Shown here: one piece after another, positions 1 through 13,200 of the stretch
How positions within the stretch are numbered: the stretch's first letter is position 1
How the letters are laid out: every line of letters begins with the position of its first letter
NCBI GenBank assembly: GCA_050273025.1
Contig: CP158635.1
Span: forward strand, 27,218,001 to 27,282,000
Direction of reading: 5' to 3'
Length of the DNA: 64,000 bases
Source of the DNA: Cenococcum geophilum
Taxonomy: Eukaryota
Notes under the pieces: generated by a model
What the model saw: only the letters and a program-made list of their open reading frames with translations
Database searches by the model: none
What the model was told of the DNA's origin: nothing
Program-made: the position numbers and the translations under genes

Positions 1-3000
1 AAAACTATAGCTTTAATATAATGCTTTAGCTTACTAGAGCCTACTTTAAAACCAATAAGAACCGCCAACTCTATATGTCCAAATGGCGAGAGACTATATT
101 TTAGAGAGTTATCGCTTTTAACCTAATAACAACTCGCCTAGAGTGTCTTTAACTACTCTTTAATAAACTCTAGAAAATCTAATATAGTCTTACTAAAACC
201 TACTAAAATAAGAACAGTCTAAGGGACCAGGTTATCTTAGCATGCTGTGGCGTTCCTAAGTGCAACTTAGCGCTATATAAACCTATAAATACATTTAAAG
301 GAGTATATACTAAACTACGCTTCGCTATAGGCACTATAATATAAATATAAGAACCCTAATAATTCTATACTAAAAACCCTATTTAAACCGGGATTCTAAA
401 CTAATATAATTATAACTAGACTAATTAAATATATAGTGGCCGGAGTAGGGGATACGGTAGAGGGTATAATTAACGTTAACTATAAAGCAATTATGGAGGT
501 CCTTATAGAGGTTTATTTCGGAATAACCGTTAGAAGAAGTGCTACATTTATAAGAAGCCAAATTGCTAGTTAAATAGACACTCTTTTAATAAGTAAAAGG
601 AGGCATATAATAAGTTCCGATAGAGTATAAGAAACGTTAGAAATTATAAGGTTACTATAGCCTACTTCTAAAGCTTTCTGGTCCAATATAAAGGTATAAA
701 AGACCTTAAGGATAAGGTTAATAAGGCCGAACAGCTCCTTATGGATATAGATATTAAGGACTACTCTCCCAACTAATACTTCACTAAGTATAGTAAGGTA
801 AATGGCATATAAACCGTTGCTATCCTTAATAACTAATTTACGTTCCATTCTGTTATAAAGTTAGATATCTTTAATAAGCTAAAGGAAAGTTTCGCGTTCT
901 CCTTTAACGATAAATACTCGGCGAATGTCTTCTATAGTATTATACTAGATACTAGAGCCGTAAGAGTATCTATAGCAGGAGAACCTTAAGTTTAAGCTCT
1001 TTAGCAGCTTAATAGCTCTATTTAAATCGACTAATTAACGGTAGGCCAATATATAATTCGCTTCAGTAAGGGTACTATAATCTCTCTCAGCATAATTAAG
1101 GTCTAAACCCCATTAGGATATATTACCTTCTATATTATTCCCGCAAATACCCCATTCCTATTCTATATCTAAGATATAGATAAATTAGGCGTTAAGCTTA
1201 ATAACCTTAAAAATATACTTATTTAGGGAGATAATCGGGTGCCCGTTGTACGCAAGTAGGATTACCCTTAGTTGCTCCTCCAACAACTAGAAAGGAGCGT
1301 TGCTTAAAGTCACTTAACTAAGTCAAAGCTACGTTAACTATACCGTTGTTTTAGCCACCTATCTGTTCATTAACTGCTTAGGGTTCTTTAATAAGCAGGT
1401 TATAAAGTCAAGGTTAAGGCAATTAAGTATCTTATAAAGTACTGCTATTACTACTAAATAAACTAGAAGTCCCCTGGCCGATTTAAGTTTACCCTTAAAG
1501 ATAACTATAACTTTAACTTCTGTATTATTATTAATGTTATATATCTTAACGGCAAGCTAGTCCTCTAAGCTATTAACTTATTAACCTCCTTCTAAGCCGC
1601 ACGTTTTTTAAGGGATATGTTAGCTAGAAACGCATAAGATACCCTTTAGTTATACTAAATTAATGTCTACCTAGGACCCCCTAATTAAATTATTTATAAT
1701 ATAGGAAAGAACTTCTTATCTATAGAGTTCCGATAACAAATAAAGGCAATAGTAATTAAGGTTAAGGAAGTTCCTATTAAGGTATATAATAGTATTAGAA
1801 AAGTAGAGCAATATTATACGCTATTACGCCGCGTATATAAGATTATCTCTTTAGAACTAAAGGATGCTAGCAAAAAACTTACCTTATAAATAGCTATTAA
1901 AGCTATTAATAATTCCGCTGGCCCAGATGGACTCGTACCTATATTGCTAGTCTTTAGCGCCTACCCTTAAATAACTAATAATTCTCTATTATCTCCCTCT
2001 ATTGTGTAATAAGCTGAGGCTATTTATAAAGTAATAAAGGAGGTATAATGTTTATACGCTACGCGCTAGGTTAATAACGCACTAGGAATAAGAAATGGCC
2101 TAAATACTTTAATTACGCTTAATCTGCCACTCTAATCTAAAGTATAGGTATAGCGTAAAAAGGGAGGATGGTTAGGCCCACATAAACTTATTATAATTAA
2201 TAGTTAAACTTATACTCTTTAGATGCCCTATAGACCTACTTAATTCCGTTTAACCGTTATTAGGCCCTATTATAAAGATAACAGTTCCGAGCCTTTATAG
2301 GATGCCCTAAAAGATACCCTAGAAGATGCCCTAGAGAAGAACTATAATTAATATGCCCTAGAAGGCGACTGTGATCCTAATACAATTGTAGTAGATATGC
2401 CATAATTATAACGCGGTAGAGGTCGCCTAAAGGGATCACGAAATTGCTAATATTTTATTAATTTCGAAGAGCAATTCGTTGCTGCTATAGAGAGTAGAGT
2501 TAAGTTATTAATGGCCTTTATAACAGCTAAAGAGAAGGCTAACTTTAAGCTCGCAAAATAGCTTTAAAAGGAAGGTCGTATTATAACCCCAGGAGCTCCT
2601 TTCTAAGCATCTAATAAGCAGGAGATCGACGGTCTTATTATAAGAGGAGTCTTTAAATTCGAGAAATATGACCCTACTAAGTTTAATAGAGTTTGCATCT
2701 TTAAGTTAAAAATAGTTAACGAAATTAAGGGCAAAGCTACTAATGCCCTATTCAAGAAATTAAGGCTTATTATTTAAGGTTATAATAATAATAGTAAAGA
2801 GATGATTTTTATATAATCTCTTATAATTTAACGAGCTAGTTAGCAAGTTATTATTATATTAGCTCCCTCCTTAATAAAGAATAGAATAATAGTTTATTTA
2901 TAAGATATTACTTAAGCCTACACCTAATTAGAGATGTACCTTTAGCGCTTAATATTAGCATACCTTCCGGAGTAAATTCGCCACTAGTATCCTAAAGATA

Positions 3001-4552
3001 TAATTATAGTTGTGCTTAAGCCATTATACGGAATTATAGAGGCAGGAACTTATTGGTGGGCTACTTATAGCAAGCACTATAAAGAGAAGCTTTTAATAAC
3101 TACTTCTATATTCGATCCCTGCTTCCTTATTACAACTATAGGAACTCTATTTAGAATTATCGGCATGCAAACTAATAATATAATTATCTTAGGAGATAAC
3201 CAATTCTTAGCTCTTAAAGAAGATGAGCTAGTAAAAGTAAATCTTATAGTAAAGCTAAAGGAAAGACTTAATTTAATAATACCATTACTCTTTAATAGAT
3301 GTATCCTTTCCCTAAACGAGGACTCCATTGCTTTACGCCAGAAGGGTTAAGGCAAGAAGATTAACATTATTGACGTTAATTCCCTAAAGTAAGGATATAT
3401 GGAGCAACGCGCTTATAGAGCTTATATTGCTTTTATCTATTAGCCTAAGGCTTTCTTTAATCTCTCTGTTACCGCTTAATACCAGGAACTAACTAAGGAG
3501 GATGTCCTTACCCTAAATAAGCGCCTTTCCTAGTAAATAACCTATCTTGATTGGGGACTACTCTATATATCTATTAATCTTCCCGCCGCTAAACTCTTTA
3601 TATTTATTAATAGGTTATTTATAAATAATAAAGATTTTAGCTCCTAGCTAGGATATAAGATTATTATTACGAATAAATCTACCAGAGAGAATGACTTTAT
3701 AATCCACGGTAATCTTATCTATTAGAGCTTAACTAAGAGTAAGCGCGTTACTTAAAGCGTTCTAGCGTTAGAGATATATAAAATGGTTGGCGGAGTTAAT
3801 ATAGTAATTATAATTGGAACTACCCTTAAGATAATTATAGATCGGCTCGAACTTCCCGCTATTCCTATAATTATATATACTAACTTATATTCCCTCTATA
3901 AGTATTTAGTTAAGCTTAGTACTATAAAGGAGAAGCGTCTTATAATTAATATTATGGCCCTTTAATAATCCTATAAGCGTTAAAAACTCTTTAAGATTTA
4001 ATGGATTAATAGCTAAGATAACTTAGTAGATGCGATAATAAAGGCAAACCCAAATAAGGCACTAGAGACGTTCGTTAACACAAATACTCTACGTATACGA
4101 GTTAAAGGTTGGGTTAAAAGGGAGTAGAAGGATTCTATAGACCCTAATTCTAAACAGCTAATTAGGATTTTCCATCCCCGGGATGGAAAATCGCTATTCG
4201 CTCGCTTACGACTAGCGCCTTGGCGGCCCACTTATCTTCACGTTAACCCCTAACGCCCTTCTTCTTCTTCTTCCTTCCCTTAGCTTTGTACCTTTATATA
4301 GTAGCAATTTATAAGTGTCTATAGATAGCAACTATAAAAAGAAGAGTTGCCAGTGTTAGGAATAGGGTAAATTGCCGCCATGTGAGGCAAATTGCCGTCA
4401 CGTGGGGCAAGTTGCCGTCACGTGTTGCCGCGGCGCTAGCGTGGCGAGGAGCCTTAAGCTCTTCGCCCTTCCTAATAGAATAGAAAAACAAGAACAATTA
4501 TTATACTATCTACGAACCGTAGCTACGTGATATCCCCCTTATGTAACTAACA
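1..4552 (+). mobile_element. Ty1/Copia-type LTR retrotransposon (element E), RIP-degenerated, 5' part outside the window
   Basis: RT-like remnant LKPLYGIIEAGTYWW (ORF 3012-3350) and RNase H-like remnant around 3600-4100 lie downstream of an integrase-like region (Copia domain order). Purine-rich tract AAAAAGAAGAG precedes a 3' LTR bounded by TGTTAG...CTAACA. Dense TAA/TAG stops. Confidence 0.85.
4354..4552 (+). repeat. 3' LTR of Copia element E (199 bp)
   Basis: TGTTAG/CTAACA terminal inverted repeat directly after the polypurine tract; internal ~20-bp triple repeat built on (A/G)TTGCCG(T/C)CA(C/T)GTG. Confidence 0.8.
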
Positions 4553-5762
4553 CCTCCTCTATAGGCTATTAGATCTCCTAAAATCGTTATTAATAGGTAA
4601 AAATATTCCTTTTTCCTATATAGTAACCCTATTCTTTTAACTGCTATTAGCAAGATATGGTTTCTTATTGCTCTACTATCTATTAATACCTTAAACTGTT
4701 AATCTTACCACTTTACTTATAAATTTAGGTGTTATCCTTAAATTCCTTTAAGGGTCTAAGGCTTTACTACTAGTTCCCTCTAGTCCTATAGGCCTCTACT
4801 TTTCCCAACTATTAGCTACTTAATTTTATTTATACTTAGTTTAACTTAAGCCAATACTTAGTTCGCTTTTTATCTTTAATATACTATAGACACGTATTCT
4901 TAGGATATTCTCACCACTATTATCCATCTAGGTATTCTTCTATAAGAAATCTTCCTAGTTAAAGTATTAAGTCTCCTTATTCTTAAACTTCCACTAAGTG
5001 CTAACTATACATATACTTAGCATTTTAATATTTTGCCTTATCCGTTATCTAATATATCCTTATTAAATACTTCCAATTTTTATTCTTAGGTGCTCTATAT
5101 ATATTACACGTATTATCTATATATACTATCCACAATAGTGTATAATATACTTAGTGTCTTAGGTTAACTCTCGGCTTATCTTTATCCTTAAGTTTAAACC
5201 TTTCTCGTATTAATCTAAGCGTTATAACTTTATTCGCAGGTACTAAGATTTGCCTTTTACTTCTTTAGTCCTCTAATTACTCCTTTAGATCTTTTAATAT
5301 TATAATTAAGGCTCCTTTAATATAAGTTATGGCCTTCTCTATAATTGGGTAGTCTTAGATAACTTTTTTTATCTAACTATATATAGAAATCTTCCTACTT
5401 ATTATTATGTCGTTACCTATACTACTTTTAATACAGCCCTTTAAGTATATACGGCTCGTCCGTAAGGAAATATCTCTTTACTACTATATTATAATAGCCT
5501 TTTATATATCGTTCTTCAAACCTAGTTAGAATCCCTAGATCCTCTTCTTATTCCAGTTTAGTAAGCCACTTAGCTCTTAGTATACCTACTCTAGGCCTAT
5601 TAGCAATTCTTTATACTAGCGCTCTATCCCTTATATAACCTAGTATACTAGATCTTTTATCTAGTTTCTACTCTTGCCATTTAGTAATTCTTGCTCTAAA
5701 TTCCTCTATAGTTTCTTTCCTTTCGCGTCTTATAAGTGGATCCTTAAAGTCTTCTTACCTCT

Positions 5763-7951
5763 TATTGGAATATATGGACAGAGGTCGAGGTCGAGGTCGA
5801 GGTCGAGGTCAAGGTTGAGGTATTCGTGTCTCTGATTAGTCATCCTTACGGTGACTTATTAGCCCCCTACTTAGGCACTGCGATCCTTATAATCCTCTGC
5901 TTTTGACACCTATTAGATAAGAATCAATTCAATAGTTAATAGGCCATACAAGTGCACTTGGGTGATACCGACATTAATTAATGGTTAACCTCACCGGTTG
6001 GCTATAGAGCAATAAGGTTCACTGCCGCCCTAGCAGCTTTGTTTAATCGCAAGCAGCAATCCAGTACCTAGCAGCAAAACCAGTACCTAGCAGCTCTAGC
6101 AGCATCTAACCTCAGCAGCTTAGAATATATGACAAATACGTAATGTATAAGACATTCTATAGCAGCAAATCAACCCCTAGTACGACCTCTTCACTAAGCG
6201 CCGTACCCCTAGCTTAACAGCATTAACCCCCAGTACGACCTCTTTACTAAGTGCTGTACCCCCAGCTTAATAGCACCAAACGTCTAATAGCCCTCGGGCA
6301 GTACCCTAGCAGCTACCCCAGTAGTACTACGGTAGCGCTCTAGCCGTATATAGCACACCAGCTTTTACAGTACCTAACATCTAACTACCTAACTGCTTTA
6401 CGCAGTACCCCAGCGTAGCTACGCAACTTAGTAGCAAACTACTACCTAGTGTGCTTAGCATACAAACCAACATCTAATAGCCTTGTGTAGTACTCCAGCG
6501 TCACAGCAACTTAGTAGCCTTGCGCAGCACCCAATACCTAACAACCTAGCAGCGTCAGCAGTAAACCATCCCCTACCTACCTATAATCCCGACACCGTCT
6601 GCTATCTTCCTTGTAGATCTGCCACGTCGAATACCACGTCTAATAGCGCGCCTATAACGCCAGCGTGCTCCCTATCCTCTACCCTCTTAAATCTACTGGC
6701 GTCTGCGGCAGCTATAAACCCTTAATAATGGCACTACCTTAACTTCCTAAAGGATATAAAAGCGGGAGCTGTATGACTACTGGGCGGCCTTACTATATTA
6801 ACATCTATAACAATAAAGCCTAATGGGAGTTTCCAACTATAGCCGCTTATTAAAAACAGATTCAGGATATATAGGATATTCTGGACCTACGTTGACGACA
6901 GTACAAAAGAGTTTAGAAGGCGTATTAAGAATAAAAGGAGGAGATTAAGGAGTTACAAAGTGTAGTTTAGTAATTACAGCAACAATAAGCTACACTAGCA
7001 CAAGCTCTGTCTACACAAGCTCTATCCGCACAAGCTTCGTCCGCATAAGCTCTGTCCGCATAAGCTCCGTCCGCGCAAGCTCCGCCAGCTTTACCCTCTT
7101 CGATAACTAAAGCTAAGGAGCTACGGCAGCCAAGCTCGTATAAACCGCCGCAACCTTAAACCTGCAAAAAGTGCTCTACTACGTTCCCTTTGGGTTAAGC
7201 GCTCTTTAAACACTTACTAGATTATTAACCGTTTTAATGTACTAAGTGCGGATCTATATTCCCCTTAAATACTACTCTCTATAAGTATATTCGAGGATGT
7301 CGTTGTCTAAAAGATGTAAACGGGAATTCGGGTGTTAAGCTTTGTTGGGATAGAGATCTACTAACTAAACGATTGTACCGTTACGCCTGCAATCTATCTG
7401 ACGCTGGCACTATACTGCCCATACTATTGACAAACTAATAGCGCCGCTATGCCTGCTATTACGATACTGATCGCGCTGATACGCCTGCGATCTACCAACC
7501 GAATAATCGTGCCTGTACGCCTGCGATCTACCGACCGACCAATAGACGAGCCCTACGTTCAACCACTATCACCACCCGACGCTTGCACCGTACTGCTATT
7601 ACAATAGACTCTTGCTGCCCTGCCTGCAGCCAACTGTTTTACTACTTCCACCTCCAGCTAAACCGATACCTTGCTGCCTTGCTGCCTTACTGCCTTGCTA
7701 CCTTTCTACAGCACCACAAGCATAAAGAAAGAACTGCTAGTGTTGGAATATATGGACAGAGGTTAAGGTCGAGGTTGAGGTCGAGGTCGAGGTTGAGGTA
7801 TTCGTGTCTCTAATTAGTCATCCTTACGGTAACTCATCAGCCCCCTACTTAGGCACTACGATCCTTATGATCCTCTACTTTTGACACCTATTAGATAAGA
7901 ATTAATTTAATAGTTAATAGGCCATATAAGTGCACTTAGGTGATACTGACA
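5763..7951 (+). mobile_element. Small non-autonomous LTR element (element D, TRIM/LARD-like, ~2.2 kb)
   Basis: 211-bp LTRs at 5763-5973 and 7741-7951 (T[A/G]TTGG...GACA) containing a (GAGGTC)n tract; 5-bp TSD CCTCT/CTTCT; purine tract before the 3' LTR; no RT/IN motifs seen in the 1.77-kb interior. Confidence 0.85.
7001..7085 (+). repeat. 15-bp tandem repeat (~CAAGCTCTGTCCGCA x6) inside element D
   Basis: Directly visible tandem units; reads roughly as a QALSA-type repeat in one frame. Confidence 0.8.
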
Positions 7952-10284
7952 CTTCTTAATCTTAACATTAACTTTTTAATCTTTAGGCTGAACACTATAT
8001 TCCCCTAGTAAGTCCTCTAGGTCTATATACTTATCTCCTAGTCTAATTACTATTTATATTGCAGATTCTCTAATCTATAAAGAAGCCTCTTACCTCTTAT
8101 CTATAGATACCTTTATTCGTGCTCCAAATCTTTAGTTTTTTAGATTCTTTAATTCTAAGCTTACTTCTAACTTAAGCTTAGCTCCCACCTTAGTCTAACT
8201 AGGCGTCTATAGTGTTTTTATCTTATCTTAAGAGTTTTAAATCTCACTTATCTTGTCTTAAGAGTCTTATACTATTAGGAACTCTTATCCCAAGCTTATT
8301 TATATATCTTTAAACTAAGCTACTGCCCTACTCTATTAGTTTTCGTCTATTATGGGTCCTTAAGCTATCCTTATTCTGTCTTTGGAATCTTAGATTTCTC
8401 TTATCTCATTATAAGAATCTTAAGCCTTTAGCCTTTTACCTTTATTAAGTAGTAAGCTAGCACTAGCAGTCGTCTGCTTGCTTAATCCTCTTTAAATATT
8501 ACTCCTTCCGTCTTATAAAGTAATGGATGCCGTATTTAATAGTGTTATAATACCTGTTACTAATTCTTACTCTATAGCGGTCTTAGTTTCTACTTTTATT
8601 ATAACTTCTCTAAGGTTTATACGCTCTTAGTAAGCTACCTTTATTACCTCATCGTTTGTAAATGTTTTACCTATATTAAACTCATCGTCTTTAATATCCG
8701 ATCTACGTAATAGTTCGTTAGTTTCTCTATACTCTATAAATTTTAGCTCTTATAGCTAATAGCTTACGCTATACTTAGCGTCTTTATAAATTTGGTATAT
8801 ATTATTATAACAAAATGCAAAACTTCTAATTAAATATTCTTTTATTCCTTATAGTATACTATTATCCCTCTATATATATATGTCTTCTACTAGTCTGGTT
8901 CCCTTTATTATATAGTAACTCTAACCATCTTTATAATCCCTTATAAAGTAACCTTATTTTCCGCAATTTATATAAGCTCTATTTCTAAACTACTAACTTT
9001 ACTATAGAGTCCGCCTAAACGTCTTCTACTGCTAAGATCCCTAGTTTAGCCTATACTCCTTAGTCCTATAATTACTAGATCCTTAACCTTTAGGCTTTTA
9101 TAATTTTTTACTCCATCTCTTATAGGTTTCTTTAGTACTACTTAGGTCTATTAGCTTTGCGCCATACTATAGTTTCTAACTTAGCTTTAGTTATTACATA
9201 CTTTACGCCTTATATAACTATAAAACCCTATCCTAACCTTTCTTAACCTATTCCCTTTAGGAGATCCTATTATTAATCTTTATTACTTAATTTATTAAAT
9301 CCCTTAGGGTGTCCGCATCTTCTATTAGAATAATTACATCCTAGACTTTAGCCTTAAGTCCCTATTTATACTATACTATAAGCGCCTTATTATTCTACTT
9401 AACTTATATAGCTAGCGTTTAGAACTATATTATATACTTAATTATTAAAGTTTATTACGTAATGTCTTAGAGTTTTCTTTTTGCTATAGTTACTGCCTCT
9501 AGGTCTCTAAATATTTATATAAGTCGCTCTATAAATTCTTCCTAACTTAAGAATATAAACCGCACCTCCTAATTAGTGGTTGTTATTTTATTTACCTATA
9601 TTTCTATAAGGTAAGGCTTAAACTATTTAAGTGCTCTTTTTAATAGGAATAATCCCGCATAAGCTATTCAATCTATAGGTATTAGCAGTTTTACTCCTTC
9701 TTATATAACCTTAAAGTGTATTTACGTAAGAAATCCTTTAAGCTTTAATCTCTCTCCTGAAAATCTCTTAATTAAAGGTAACTTAATCTTCGCTGCCCCT
9801 ATCCCATTAATCCTTTATTTAATTGTTGTATTATTCTCTACTAACTGGTTAACTATCTCTTATAGCTATTTAACCGTTATAGGTTATTATAAGTCAGTAT
9901 TTGCTATACTAGTGTCGCCTCCTAACCTTAAAGTAGTTGCTGCCGTTAATGGCGTTATAATAGCTGCTTTCGGTGGCATATTATTTAACTTATTAAAACC
10001 GTAACTAGGTAGTAATTATATAACGGAACCTTATAGCAAGTACTACGATAGACTTATTAATGGGCTAGGTGTGTAGGTATTACAAGTAAGTTAACAACGT
10101 AATAATAACTAATAGAGTGGTTGCCTAACAGATTAACTCTAATTATATTCTAAGAATTACTATAAGGAAGGAACTATCTAGGTAGGGACTAAGGGTCCTT
10201 AAATACACAACCGTACTCCTATAAAATCCTTTTTATACGTAATATACGTGTTATATATAAGGTATATAAGTTCCTCTCGTTCCT

Positions 10285-13200
10285 TATTACGGCACTGGCA
10301 GAACTTAGCAGAACTACGCACCGGCAAGTTACCACAAATTGCCGCATATTGCGGTCACGTGACGCGAAGATCGTATATAGCTTCAAGCGGCGCTCCCCTT
10401 CTTCTCCTTTCCTTTCTTTAGCTTTAGATTCTCGTTTATAGACAATCTAATCATATAGGCTTACGCGACCATTTTGCCGTACTTATGTCTCGATTAACTA
10501 AGTCGCTAACATTATCTAAAGCTCACTCTACTCTTTCTTCCTAAGAAGGAACTTAAATATATCTATAAAAACACAGAACAGGACCCTAAGGACATTACCA
10601 GGACCACAAAGACAAGACCTAAAAGAAAAAAACAGAACCCTAAGGAAAGGACCTATAAGACACATACAGACCAAAACCCCTAAAGAAATTACCCGGAATT
10701 ACCTAACACCCCTACCACTATGCCACAAACCACAGTAGCAGGTAAAGCAGCTATAAGACCCTTAAATACTTTAGACAAAAAAATAATTAACATTTCAACC
10801 CCCTAGGCGGAGCTTGCGGCTGCTAATGCCGAAATTAAACAATTACAAAAGCTACTTAAAGCCAGAAATACCCCTATATCTAATAATAAGTCATTATTAA
10901 ACAACTAAAGACTTACTATAGTCCTTTAGGCCCTATCCTAGCGCCTTAGTGGATCTACTAAGGCCTATATAGCACCAAAGCGGTCAGCAAAGGTCGCGGA
11001 CCCCCTACTACTTACAGACGGAACCAACCCTATATTTAATAATTAGAAGCTCTAATTATAGGACAAGCTTAAAGTTAATACAGACTACTTCCCTAACGCC
11101 CAAGCCAAAATGGCCTATATCTTTGGCCATACTAGCGGAGACGCCTAGACGCATTTACGCCCGCAATATACTAAAGACTTAACAGACCCCTCTATCTCTA
11201 AAGAAGAAATAATTAAATACTTATCTTTTATTTATAAGGACCCTTTTAAAGTACAAAACGCCTACCTTAGCTATAAAAGCCTAAACATAAAAACAATAAA
11301 GACCTTTTTAGCCTTCTAAACCCGCTTTCTATACCTAGCCAGACAGGCCCAGATCCCCTAAAAAGACCTACTACCAGACCTCTTCGACAAGCTTACCCTA
11401 GACCTACAGCGGGCCGTATTACCAGCTTATACTACAGTATAGACGTTAAAGGAACTTATAAACCATTACCTAGCTATTAACTAAGGCCTCCATTAAATTA
11501 AGGCACGCGCCAACCGGCTAAAAACTAGAAACCTTATAAACTAGGCTACAAGTACTACAAGTACGGCCCATAGTGCCCCAGCATAATTAGCAACTCCTAT
11601 AGCTAACCCAGTAGCTAGCTACGCAGCTACCCCTACTATAGGCCCAGTATACACCCGGCCTATATACAGCAACCCCTATATATAGGCCCTTAGCGATTAA
11701 GGAGCTTACTTCTTATACGGTTAAATAGGCCACCCTATAAGGAACTGCCTAATAAAGGCAAAGATAAATAAGGTCCTATTAATTTAGGAGGATAGTACAG
11801 AGCCGGAAAAAGAGGAACCCTAGAGGAAGACTCCTCTCTAGGGTTAAAAGGGATCGATATATCACATATCAATCTAGGTCGGCTAGTTAGTAGAAGAAGC
11901 TGCACTATCCCTTATACTTTATTTCGTAATAGATATTAAGTTTTAACCTCTGCTTTAGCTAACTTAAGAGTAAATGCCTTTACCTTAATTAATATAAAGT
12001 GCGCTGCAAAACTGGCTAACTTTTTAAATATACCCCTTAAAGAACTGCCCAAACTAATCCCTATTTACGGTTATAACGGACAGATAGGGCCACCTATTAT
12101 AACTATCTTATAGATCTACCTCCGCGTTAACAGACGAAGGTAGTATAATATCCCCTTTCTTATTACGGACTTAGGAAGCTATAATATAATCTTAAAAAGA
12201 AAATAGCTAGCCTATTTAGGCTTATAGCTTAAAATATAGAGTAAACGGCTTATCTAGCCTAAAACTCTACCCCCAACCCCTTTCTTTATAAAAGAAATTA
12301 GCATTATAATAGAAAACCTTATACGGCCCTAGATTAATACTATTTACTAGGCCAATACTATGCGCAGAGACTAGGCCTTTAAGAAGGACGTATAGCTTAA
12401 CCCATAACAGATCCGTATACTACGCCGCCCTTAGACTACCTATATTACGCCACCCGCACCAAAAACCTAGGAAGTTAATAGTAACCTAGCTAAGCTCCCT
12501 ATAGAGAACCCTACGAAGCTATAAAGGAAAGCCAGGGATATTAGACGCTATATTAAACTAATAAATAGGAAGGACAACTTATGGAAAATAGAACGTAAGT
12601 TAAGGAAGACTATAAACCTTATACCGCAAACCATGGCCTAATAGACGCTAAAGAAACCTACGGACCTCCCACTAGTTAATATCTGCTATATTAGCGCTAT
12701 AGGATTCTACCAGAACCTAGTTTAGCCTAATACCGTTACCTTTATAACTAGCCTATATAAAATTAACCGAATAATTAAGGAAAAGAAAAGCGAGCTTAGT
12801 AGATAGGAAAGCGGGCTTATAGATAAAGAACTAGTAAAGTAAAAACTGCCTAATTAACACCGGAAATTTAAGGATATATTCTCTAAGGTAGCGTCTAATA
12901 TACTTCTACCCTACCAACTATATAACTATAAGATTAAGATTAAGTAAGATAAAGAAAGCACCCTTAGCTTTAGCCCTCTCTACCTATAGTTTATTGCCGA
13001 ATTATAGGCTATAAAGTAGTACCTTATAGACAACCTAAATAAGGGCTTTATTAAGCCTAGCTAAGCCCCTTTTAACTTACCTATTCTCTTTATTAAAAAG
13101 CTAAATAGAGGACTGCGCTTCTGTATTAACTATTATAAGCTAAATAATATAACCCACAAGGACCGCTACCCGCTGCCCTTACTTAATAAAACTCTTACCT

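Noticed and set aside
570..4497. Short ORFs in AT-rich blocks (also 40917-41120 and 54150-54443)
   Set aside because: They are chance open stretches or fragments within RIP-mutated retroelements, not independent genes.
5779..5820. (GAGGTC)n array as a CRISPR-like or independent satellite
   Set aside because: Simple hexamer microsatellite inside both LTRs of element D; no spacers, and the context is eukaryotic.
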